Assembly: GCA_965112735.1 (NCBI GenBank)
Contig: OZ218954.1
Span: 4,278,001 to 4,342,000, forward strand
Length of the DNA stretch: 64,000 nucleotides
Origin: Phaeosaccion multiseriatum
Lineage: Eukaryota > Protista > Ochrophyta, other classes
Reading direction: 5' to 3'
The translations under genes and the position numbers were made by a program. Shown here piece by piece: positions 45,405 through 55,800 of the stretch (the stretch's first letter is position 1; every line of letters starts with the position of its first letter). Below the pieces are notes generated by a model, which was not told the DNA's origin, did no database searches, and was given only the letters and a program-made list of their open reading frames with translations.

Positions 45405-45728
45405 CTGAACAGCTTCTTCCTTCTTTTCTTCCTGCCGATCCTCCTCTGTAACCTATCCCCACCACACTCTACACTGCAAGCACACGAGATCTGCTCCTGC
45501 GCCCCACACCTCTAGTTCCTGACCATCGTCCCTCCCTTGCCAGTCCGCGAAGAGTCGTTTTCCCGAGGGGACGAGAAAACATCCCCTTCTCCTCGCCTCT
45601 CGCGCTCGCTCCTGGCGGCGCGGTATATTCAGAGAGCGCGCCAGCACTAGGCTGTCTGCAGGTCGAAACTCAGTTTGTGAACAATAAATTTTAAATTTTT
45701 CTTTCAACAGAGGACAGCAAGATTGGAA

Positions 45729-46943
45729 CTAGCCGTTCTGCCTGCTTCGCCTCCTCGGCGGCTCGTCGTTCGCCTCTTTGCCCAGCTCAAAGCCGTACAG
45801 AGTCATGAGCACCTTCACCTCCCTTGACATGGCCTCGATGCAGAAGAAGCCCGCTGCCTGCAGAGCCTGCTTCGCCCTCACCTCGTCAAGCAGCTTCCCG
45901 CGGTGCCTCGTCCTCCCTCCTGATGCCTCACCACTACTCCCACCTCCCCTTCCGTCACCGCCGCTACCAATCGTCTCGGAGGTGATCCTACTGCTGCCAC
46001 TGTTGGTGCTAGCCCTCCTCTCCGTGCCCAGCCTCCCATGGCGCCCTCGGGTCAGCAGGCTCTTGATGCTACCCGTCGTGACGAACTGCACCACAGCTGC
46101 AAAGCCCTCCTCGGTAAAGTCCACGCCGTCAAACGTCACCTCCACCTCGTCCTTGTCCTTGCCCTTGATGCCCATGAAGCCACGCCCCGCCAGGTCCAGC
46201 ATGGTGGGGAGACTGCCTGCAGCCCTTTCATGCCTGTCCGGGCCGTCAGAGCTCCTTCCCTCTCCCTCAGTCTTGTCCATCAGCAGCTCTATCAGAGGTA
46301 TGCTCAGGGTAGTGCGTGTCTTTGCTCTTAATGTGACCAGCAAAAACTTTGTGCAAGAGAGACTGATCTGTCAGTGCTGCCATTGGGCCCCTCACAGCAG
46401 TACTGGGCTGGTGTGGTATACCAGTGTATTTCCTCTACCTCGGCCCCGGCCTTGAGTAGCGTCCTCACAGACTCAGGACAGCCGAATCTTGCTGCACCAT
46501 GCAAGGCGTCTCTACCCTCCACCCTGCCCCCACACCTCAAAAGGTACGACACGATCATGGGGTGACCTGTTGACGACCTACCCTCCCGCAGCCAAGGGAA
46601 CAAGCCCATTGCAATCCCCTTTGTTCACATCTGCAACTTCCTCCACGAGCCCCTGACTGAACTAATGCGAAGTTGGCCATTCGGTGCAACGAGGACAAGC
46701 GGAGTCTTCCTGTCACCATCCTCATTATCGGCTACCTCTCCTCCTCGCCTCGCATCAATGTCCATCTCTTCACCGAGTCAAGAAGTCGATGGTGGACAGC
46801 ATCGCTGCAAGGTGCGAAATCTCCGCTGCAAGGTGCGAAATCTCCTCCCCAACATCAACAACATCACCGACGCCCTCCCCCTCGCTGCTGCTTCCATCAC
46901 ACCACTCGTTAATGCGCTGCAGCGCTTCTTCCACAGTCACCAT
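45729..46943 (-). pseudogene. Ankyrin-BTB paralogue, internally deleted and frameshifted
   Basis: Starts MVTVEEALQRINEW like the intact copy, early stop, most ankyrin repeats missing, BTB-like C-terminus kept. Confidence 0.85.
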
Positions 46944-47325
46944 AATCAAGCGTGTAAAGAGTGAGGCATAACATAATGAGGAAAGGAAAAAGCGTGCCTT
47001 TTGAAGTTACAGAAGCGTGCCAAAAAATAAGCATCTGTGAGTTTGCGTGAAGGTGGAACGCCCCCACCACGTCCATGTACTTCCAAATTTCAGTGCCAAA
47101 TTTTTCCTCTCTCTTTTTCTTCTTTCCTCCCCCACAGAGTGTTGAAGTATAACGACAGTACTACAGTATGTATGTATGTATGCATGAACGCCAGCTCACT
47201 CTTCTGCCTCTCCCTGCCTAGCTCGCTTCGCCCTCCCTTGTACCTCCACCCCGGGGCCCACCACCTCTGGGTGCTGCTCTGAGGGCCACATCACGAGATC
47301 CCTCTCCCCTCTACACCTCCCCATC

Positions 47326-47535
47326 TTAGTACGAGCGGTACAAGCTCATCCGCTCGAGCGGATCCCTCTCCAATAATCTCGACATGTACTGATTGCCAAA
47401 CCTGCTCATAGCAGGCCGATGACTTGGTGAGTGCCGAGAGAACTCCGCGTCATCGTCGTCGCCCAGCAGCGCTTCGAAGCCGTACAGCCCGGAGTAGGTA
47501 CACAGCGCGCGCAGATCCGTGCTGTCTCTTTCCGC
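47326..47535 (-). pseudogene. Possible protein kinase C-lobe remnant
   Basis: DLRALCTYSGLYGFEALLGDDDD...YMSRLLERDPLERMS resembles kinase subdomains IX-XI; short and degenerate. Confidence 0.3.
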
Positions 47536-47751
47536 CTCGCCTGCCCCGCGAGGAGTGCATACCTATAACTTTATCACGTATCGTCTATCCTCTCTCCCCC
47601 ACGTACAGCATACACTACAGAGGCACAATGAACAGGCTTCGTTCACACGAGCTTCGGGCCTACTTTCTTATTCAATACAGAAAGGAGCTATTCATTGGAA
47701 AAGCAAAGGGGGTAAACACAAGCATCTCCTTTGCCAAGGACCCGCTCTGCT

Positions 47752-49830
47752 TCACTTTATCGGCGGCTCATCCTTCTCCTCCGTCTCCTTGGCCAGCTCA
47801 AAGCCGTACAGAGTCATGAGCGCCTTCACCTCCCTCGACATGGCCTCGATGCAGAAGAAGTCCGCTGCCTGCAGTGCCTGCTCCGCTCTCACCTCGTCGA
47901 ACAGCTTCACGCGCTCCCTCTTCCTTTCTCCTGATGCCTCACCACTGCTCCCACCATCTACTTCACCACCGCCGCCGCCGACCGTCTCGGAGCTGCTGCC
48001 AATGATTCCATCAGTGTTCTCTGTGCTCAGCAGGCGACGGCGCCCTCGGGTAAGCAGGCTCTTGACGCTACCCGTCGTGACGAACTGCACCACAGCTGCA
48101 AAGCCCTCCTCGGTAAAGTCCACTCCGTCAAACGTCATCTCCACCTCGTCCTTGCCCTTGCCTTTGATGCCCATGAAGCCACGCCCCGCCGGGTCCAGCA
48201 TGGTGGGGAGACTGCCTGCAGCCGTGTCATGCCTGTCTAAGCGGTTAGGGCTTCCTCCCTCTCCTCGTCTTCCACTCTGCTCAATCTTGTTCATCAGCAG
48301 CTCCATCAGAGGTATGCTCAGTGTGTACTGCACGTCTTTGCTCTTCCCCGTTGTCCTGTCTACCAAACGCACTTGTACCACGCGGCCCTCCTTGGCGGCT
48401 TCAGAGTAGGCAGAGCCGGAGAAATGCTGAGCCAAGGTATTGCAAACACGATCAGAAGCATCTCTTGCCCCTCGTTCTTCGCTCAAAGATGCGGCAACGA
48501 CATCCCCACAATCGCTCTCGCCCACCAAGGCCATGACTGACTTGGTGACGGCAGCGCCCATCTCCAGCAGGAGTGCCGCCACTTTGACTCTGTCTGCCTT
48601 GGACCCTGGCCAAGCAGGGTACCCAAGTCGGGCGGAAACCTTGTTTGCCTTACGAGGACACATGCACACCATCAAGGGGCTGCTTCCCGTGTTGGTCAGC
48701 GCGTCGACCTCAGCCCCAGCCTCCAACAGAAGATACGTCAGCTCCATGCTGCCCCAAACCGAAGCCAAATGAAGGGGCGCAATATTGCCGTCTCGCTTGG
48801 CGTTAACGTTGGCTCCTGCGTCAATGAGCTCGGCAGTTATGTCCACAAGTCCCTTGAGAGTAGCAGTGTGGAGCGGCGTGTTGTTCTTAGAATCCACAGC
48901 GTCGAGGGAGGCACCGAGGCGGATGAGCGCCTTCACACTTGAGGAATTGCCGCACAACGCGGCGAAGTGAAGGGGCGTGCGCTCATCAGAGCTCTTCACG
49001 TCCACCGGCAGCCCTCGACGGACGAGTACGTCGATGAGTTCACTGTGACCGGCAGACGCGACATTGTGCAAGAGAGTCCACGCGCGCACGTCCTTGACGT
49101 TCAAATCCGCCCCTGCCTCCAGCAGCAGGGACAGGGCCTCCACTCTTTCGCTGGCATTGCTCTTGTCCACCCCAAAACAGCAGCAGTATTGGGCCGGCGT
49201 CAATCCACTTCCTCCACTATCCCGCTCATTCACGTCGGCCCCGGCCTGGAGCAGCACCCTCACAGACTCGGGACAGCCCGCGTGTGCGGCATTGTGCAAG
49301 GCGTAGCTACCCTCCACCCTGGCTCCATGCCTCATGAGGTACGACACGATCTCAGGGTGACTGCCGCACCACGCGACGCCCCAGCTCAAAGGGTCAAAAC
49401 CACCTGCAGCTGCAGCCAAGGGTACAAGGCCATTGCAATCCCCTTTGTTCACGTTTGCACCCTCCTCCACGAGCCCCTCCACCAAGGCAAAGTGGCCCTT
49501 CAGGGCAGCTTGGATCAGCGAAGTCTTGCCATCCCATCCATCTTCACATCCCTCTCCTCCACGTCCCGTATCGATGTCCAGCCCGCATTCCTTCAGCAGT
49601 TTCACGCTCCCCCCCATCTGCGCCCCCTTCTCTTCCATGACACTCTTATCCATCGCCCCTAGAGCACAAAGGGGCGTGTAGCCCGTCCTCTTCAGCGAGT
49701 CAAAGTCGATCGTCGAGAGCACGGCTGCCAAAACTAAACTAAGCTCCTCCACACCGACGCCCTTCCCTGCACTGCTGCTTCCCTCTCGCCACTCTTCAAT
49801 CCGCTGAAGCGCTTCCTCCATAGTCACCAT
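47752..49830 (-). CDS. Intronless ankyrin-repeat protein with C-terminal BTB/POZ-like domain
   Basis: ATG at 49830, 692 aa; many ankyrin repeats (TSLIQAA, ALHNAA, TLLHNVA, TPLHFAA, TPLHTAT, APLHLAS); FTEEGFAAVVQFVTTGSV...QALQAADFFCIEAM BTB pattern. Confidence 0.9.
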   Translation of the reverse strand: MVTMEEALQRIEEWREGSSSAGKGVGVEELSLVLAAVLSTIDFDSLKRTGYTPLCALGAMDKSVMEEKGAQMGGSVKLLKECGLDIDTGRGGEGCEDGWDGKTSLIQAALKGHFALVEGLVEEGANVNKGDCNGLVPLAAAAGGFDPLSWGVAWCGSHPEIVSYLMRHGARVEGSYALHNAAHAGCPESVRVLLQAGADVNERDSGGSGLTPAQYCCCFGVDKSNASERVEALSLLLEAGADLNVKDVRAWTLLHNVASAGHSELIDVLVRRGLPVDVKSSDERTPLHFAALCGNSSSVKALIRLGASLDAVDSKNNTPLHTATLKGLVDITAELIDAGANVNAKRDGNIAPLHLASVWGSMELTYLLLEAGAEVDALTNTGSSPLMVCMCPRKANKVSARLGYPAWPGSKADRVKVAALLLEMGAAVTKSVMALVGESDCGDVVAASLSEERGARDASDRVCNTLAQHFSGSAYSEAAKEGRVVQVRLVDRTTGKSKDVQYTLSIPLMELLMNKIEQSGRRGEGGSPNRLDRHDTAAGSLPTMLDPAGRGFMGIKGKGKDEVEMTFDGVDFTEEGFAAVVQFVTTGSVKSLLTRGRRRLLSTENTDGIIGSSSETVGGGGGEVDGGSSGEASGERKRERVKLFDEVRAEQALQAADFFCIEAMSREVKALMTLYGFELAKETEEKDEPPIK

Positions 49831-49837
49831 GGTAATG

Positions 49838-49881
<44 letters not shown>

Positions 49882-50199
49882 CGTTCGGCTGCTCACACTC
49901 ACGTAATACGGTGTGGAATAGAAATTCTTCCTCCAAGCACGCGATACGATACTTTCAAATCCAATTTCCTTGCCGACGCGACCCCCTGAGACCCCCCACC
50001 TCATCGAACCTTGATCGAACCTCACAAACCCGTGGTTGGAGGTCATTTGTGATTTCTCGTGGGACGAGGTGCGTCTCACGGGGCTACTGCGGGCGGAAGG
50101 GAGACTCCACACTTTTTCTTTGTTTAGCTTCGGTTGTATCAAATTGATGAAAGGGATGATAACAGATTCAATCCACAAAAGAACCGCGCCGCAAAATGG

Positions 50200-51165
50200 A
50201 GACGGCACTACGGGCCCTCCCTCCTTCGCTTCCTCGTCGGCAGGTCGTCCGTCTCCTTCGCCAGCCCGAAGCCGTACAGCGTCATGAGCGCCTTCACTTC
50301 CCTCGACATGCATGGCCTCGATACAGAAGAAGCCCACTCCTTCAAAACCTGCTCCGCTCTCACCTCGTCAAACAGAGCCTGCTCCGCTCTCAGCCTTCAC
50401 ACGCTCCCTCTTGCTCTTTCCTGATACCTCACCACTGCCACTCCCACTACCTCTTCCGTCACCGCCGCCATCAACCCCCTCGGAGCTGCTACTAGGCTAC
50501 CACTGACGCCAGCCCTGCCCGCCGTGCTCAGCTGCCCATGAAGCTCTCCTAGCGAGGGCTCTACCGCAGCTCGCGCCGACACATGCGCCACGGTTTGCAC
50601 CATGTCTCGGGTCAAGTCGCCCGTCCCCCCTGACCCCATGCCGGCCATGGGCTCGTCCGTAGCCTGCTCTGCCGCCTGGAGACGAGCTCCTCTACATTGA
50701 CGCTTGCGTTCCCGCTCCCTCCGTCGTCCACGTAGTCCCTGTCCTCAGCATCTCCCTCACCCCCATTCCCAGCCCCGCCACCTACATGAGTACGCAGACT
50801 CTTGACGCTACCCGTCGTGACGAACTGCACCACAGCTGCAAAGCCCTCCTCCGTTAAGTCCACTCCGTCAAACGTCATCTCCACCTCGTCCTTGCCCTTG
50901 CCTTTGATGCCCATGAAGCCACGCCCCGCCGGGTCCAGCATGGTGGGGAGACTGCCTGCAGCCGTGTCATGCCTGTCTAAGCGGTTAGACCTTCCTCCCC
51001 CTCTGCTCAATCTTGCTCATCAGCAGCTCCCATCTACCGAGTACACTCGTACCACACGGCCCTCCTTGGCGGCCTCAGAATAGGCAGAGCCGGAAGAGAT
51101 GTGTCGAGCTATGGCGTTGCAAACATCACTAGAAGCATCTCGCACCGCTTTCTCTCTCTCTTCCT
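50200..51165 (-). pseudogene. Third ankyrin-BTB copy (BTB part only), chimeric with a foreign segment
   Basis: 50800-51150 and 50200-50490 match the intact gene's 3' end; 50550-50780 instead matches 17025-17235. Confidence 0.85.
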
Positions 51166-51439
51166 CAGGGCACGCAGCAGCCAACCATCTGCTGCCATCC
51201 CGACCCAGTCGTAAGCAAGGGACAATAGGGCAGATACTTCAGTACCTCATGCTCAAGCAAGGCCAAACCTCCGGTCGGGGGCTGAGAGAAGAGCAACGGG
51301 AACAATCCACTGCCATGTCGGCCCGGCCTGTGCGTGGTGAGGGTGTCTTCTTGTTCTCGTTCTTGTGAGAAAAGTAGTTCTTCTCCCTTCTTCTCATCAA
51401 CCATTCCTGGCGCGCATCTTGTTCCGTTCTGCCGCGTCG

Positions 51440-51960
51440 CTGTCGCTCATGACATCCGACGGTTCCATGTATCAACCAGTGACTCCAAAGCGCCGAAAGG
51501 CCTCTTGCTCCGCCCTGTGTGTGACGGGAAGCACCTCATGCAGAGGTCCTGCGGGTCTCGTTCGAAAGATGAGGCGCTATTGAAGGCCGGGGAAATCGTC
51601 TCGCACCACCGATCATACGTATTGGGACACACAAAGCGGAGCTGCCCACCAAAGACGTCTTCCCACTCTCGCCGGGGCGGGCCCTCCATGAGCGAGAGGA
51701 CAAAGGCCCAGGTGCCTGAAGACTCATCGTCGTGTCGGGAGAGAAAGTCCCCTATCGTGAAGAGCGTGACAAACAGATCAGAGAGCTCGGGTTGGAATGT
51801 GGGAGTCTCGTGGAAATGGGCTCCAATGATGCTCCTCACTCTGTCCGTCATGCTCAGGCTGATAAATGTCTCTTCCATCTCCTGCACCAACGGGCGCCCT
51901 GGCTCCAGCTCCCACTTGGAGTAGGAGAAGCGATTCCTCTTGTAGGCCTCCTGCACAGAC
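51440..51960 (-). pseudogene. 2OG-Fe(II) oxygenase (prolyl-hydroxylase/Tpa1-like) pseudogene
   Basis: GDFLSRHDD (HxD), WAFVLSL, W...FGGQLRF, SPAFNS; after a 1-nt shift near 51572 it reads IFRTRPAGPLHEVLPV...RRFGVTG*Y, with TGA where Trp is expected. Confidence 0.8.
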
Positions 51961-52084
51961 GCATTGCGCTGCTCAATGTCATCTAAGCTGCGCGTCTTGA
52001 GGTTGTGATTGAAGGCATCGTTCGTGCCTTCCCTGGTGATGTTCCTTGTTTATACCCACTTCTTTTCCTCGCCATTTGATCTCG

Positions 52085-52442
52085 CCTGTGTCGAACCGAT
52101 CGTTCGTGTCGGGCCCGCTGGAGCGCTACGGCTAATCGTCGCCGAATGACGCAAACAGCTCTCGCATAAGCCCTCGTGTCCAGATGTTCGTGCCCCCCAG
52201 CCATGTGGGTGGCGAGTGTTTTCATAAACATCTGAGCAGAAGGACCAAATGCGCCTCAAGCTGATGTGCAAGGCGCATTTGGTCCTTCTGCTCAGATGTT
52301 TATGAAAACACTCGCCACCCACATGGCTGGGGGGCACGAACATCTGGACACGAGGGCTTATGCGAGAGCTGTTTGCGTCATTCGGCGACGATTAGCCGTA
52401 GCGCTCCAGCGGGCCCGACACGAACGATCGGTTCGACACAGG
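52085..52442. repeat. Inverted repeat, 172-bp arms, 14-nt spacer, made of RLE-retrotransposon C-terminal sequence
   Basis: 52085-52256 is the reverse complement of 52271-52442 with no mismatch seen; encodes (DVQ)GAFGPSAQMFMKTLA...RRRLAVALQRA. Confidence 0.92.
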
Positions 52443-52838
52443 ATCCTGGCTGGTATCAACTTTGTTCCAATGGGGAGAACTGATGAGTCAGAGGGCTAAG
52501 TTCCCCGGGGCGGTGAGACATTACTTTTAGACAACCATAAGGGTGTAATATATAATGATCTCGCCACCTCTTGGCCGCCTCCACCGGGTCCTTTACAACG
52601 AACACTTCAATGCCAGGCCCAGCCACGAAAGTCCGGTACTGTGGCGGCAACACGTCCCCCTGAGGGAAGACACGAAAACACTCCAAGCAAGAGGCCTTCA
52701 CGCTCCGAGTGCCAGCTGTAAATTAGATCACCAACGCGATCACATGTTGACAACGATCAACTTGTGTCGCTTGCAAAGTATCACCCTTGCAAGCGAATGC
52801 CACTCTTTCCCGAGCTACTGTGAAGCCTCTGAACAATC

Positions 52839-55800
52839 ATGTCCGGGGGAGGAGGAGGAGGAGGAGGGAGGTTGGAGGCCGAGAAAGTGGTAGGTTCCTT
52901 TGGCATTTTCAGATGAGGGTGGGTGGTGAAAGTTCCGCGTTCTGTGCTGCTGCTCTTACTCAAGCTTCCAGAGGCGGCACTGTGGTACCATCATGGCATT
53001 TACTGCCTCTCTACTTTTTATTGAGCTCGCTCCTGTGGTCTGACAGGTCATCCCCATGTCTTATATCTTTGCCAATTGGGGAGCCCGTCCTTTCTCCCTC
53101 GCCCAACCTTCTCCATTTCTCTCCTTCTTCGCTCCCTCACTTCCTGCTAACACTCCTTTTCGATGCCTAAGAAGGAGTGACATCTACTAAGCAGTACATC
53201 CATACCCCACCCACCCCACTACCCCCCCCCCTTTCCGGTCGGTCGGTATTCGCTCTCCTCCATCCTTCCTTTCCCACAGGGCTTGGTACTGGAGCGCCTG
53301 TCCAACGCCGGCGATGCCTCTGACCGCCGCGCCGCCCTGGAGAGTGTGCTAGACATGGCCAGGAGAGAGCCCAGTGAGGTGGGCAAGCAGGGGTTGCCGC
53401 TCATCATGACGTATCTGCAGGCAGGGCTGCCAGACTCGGACATGACACAGAGTGCCATCGAGATCATTCTCGCTCTCGTGTCTCCGCCCGGGGAAGACGA
53501 AGAAGGCGAGCAGGCCTCATCGGCAGTAGTAGCAGCAGCAGGAGGAGGAGGGGGGGGGGCAGGAAGAGCCAGGGGCAAGAGGCACCGTCCGGGTGTGGCG
53601 GCCAACACCGCTGCCGTAGTGATGGACGACGCCTTCTTCCAACGCGTGCTCGACCTTCTGGAGAGTACCGACATGCTCACTGCCCTCACTGCCGTGCAGG
53701 TAGGGAGGGAGGGTGTCATGTATCATGTATCATTGGTGTCGGGACGGGGGCGAGGACGGTATGTCGCTCATGAAGGGATGAACCAACGAACGAATGAACG
53801 AACCCGTGAAGTCACTCACTCACTCACTCACTCACTCACTTACTCATCCACCAACTCACTCACCCACCCCTCTCTCACTCACTCACTTACTCACTCACTT
53901 ACTCAATCACCCACCCACCCACCCACTCACTCACTCCGTCCCTCCCTCCCACCCTCCCTCCCTCCCTCCCTCCCTCCCACCCTCCTACCCTCCCTCCCTC
54001 CCGCCAGGTACTGCGACAAATCCAAAGGTCGGCTGCCGCATCGCTAGAGACGGCCCTTCTCGAGTGCCCTGCGGTGAGCCCACACACACACACACGGACC
54101 CCTCCTCGCACCTTCATGCGTCATCACCCCATATGCTCTGAACGCCTCCCTCAACTCAACTCATTTCCCTCCCTCGCTCCCTCCCTCCCTCCCTCCCTCC
54201 CTCCCTCCCTCCCTCCCTCCCTCCCTCCCTCCCTCCCTCCTCCCTCCCTCCTCTCTCCCCTCCTCTCTCTCTCTGTTGCAGGGCCTGTCCCGATTGATGG
54301 GCATTCTCGCTGACTCTCGCGAAGAAGGCGTGAGGAACGAAGTCGTTTGCCTGCTGGGACAGCTCACCAGGACCAACATTGAAGGCGAGGACTTCGACTT
54401 CTCACATCCATGCCCTCGACTCCCTACCTCGTGTGCCCCGACTTCTTATGTCGGGTACCCCTTCTTCTTTCCTTACCTTATATCCCTCCCGCTTCGGCCC
54501 TTATCTGAATCCCTTTCACCCTCTCTCTTGGCTCCATCACCCTCTCTCTTGTCTCCATCACCCTCTCTCTTGTCTCCATCACCCTCTCTCTTGACTCCAT
54601 CACCCTCTCTCTTGACTCCATCACCCTCTCTCTTGGCTCCATCACCCTCTCTCCCCTCTCAACATCCCCCACGCTCCCCGCCGCCGTCCCCATCCACTGT
54701 ATTCACCATCCTCGACCCCTTCAGTGAAAAAGTTCGTCGCCTTCCAGGAGGGTTTCGAACGCCTAACCCGCATCATGCTTGACGAGGGCATGCTCGAGGG
54801 AGGCAGCGTCATCGTTAGGGACTGCCTTGACGTGATGCGTAACCTCCTCAGCAGGCAAGTAGTCGCCACCTGTGGTGTGTGGGCGTGTGTGTGTGGGTGG
54901 GTGCGTGCGTGGTTCTGTGTGTGGGTGGTTTGGTGCCTGTGTGCGCGTGGGTGCGGATTGTCCGTTTTGGTTTGGTAGCAGTCGAATGAGAAGTGCAGGA
55001 CCAGCAGCTTTAGATAATACGGCAGCTTGAGTGCCGATAGGCAAATCTGACAGCCGCCGTGACTTTGCGTCTTCCGTCTCTCTCATGTCCCTCCTTCCCT
55101 CCCTCCCTCCCTCCCTCCCTCCCTCCCTCCCTCCCTCCCTCCCTCCCTCCCTCCCTCCCTCCCTCCCTCCCTCCCTCCCTCCCTCCCTCCCTCCCTCGCT
55201 CCCTCCCTCCCTCCCTCCCTCCCTCCCTCCCTCAGCAACGAAGCCCTTGCCACCCGGAACCTTTTCTGCCAGTCGCCCTCTCTCTGCCTGGACTCCTTCC
55301 ATCAGCTGTTGGACATTCGCGTCCTCGCATACCCCTACGCAGTAGAGGGTGACGCCCTCGCTGAAGGAGGAGGAGGAGGAGGAGGAGGAGGAGGAGGAGG
55401 AGGAGGAGGAGGAGGAGGAGGAGGAGGAGGAGGAGACGCCGCTGCCCACCGCTCGGGAATGAGTGACGCCCCCTCGGGATTGAGCAGCAGTGGCGCCCCC
55501 TCGGGACAAGGCCACGGAGAGCTTGTGGAGGGGGTGCATGCAGATATCATGTCAAGGGCACTCACCGTCCTGAAGCTTGTGCTGCACAACCCTGAGGGGG
55601 AGGGGCAGGGAGGAGGAGGAGGAGGAGGAGGAGATCGTATTCATCACCAGCAGCAGCAGCAGCTCAAGCAGCGAGGAGAGCGGCAGAGGACCATCGCTCT
55701 GGCCGGGGATGGCACTCTATCCGCCATGCTTGTGCACTTGGCCTTTAGTCGAGCGACCCCTTACTCCCTCGTGCCTGAGCACTTTCGTATGGAGTGCATG

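Noticed and set aside
49831-50337. N-terminal extension of the 861-aa ankyrin ORF
   Set aside because: Runs through (TA)n and the tail of the upstream pseudogene; the paralogue at 46943 shows the start is MVTMEEAL.
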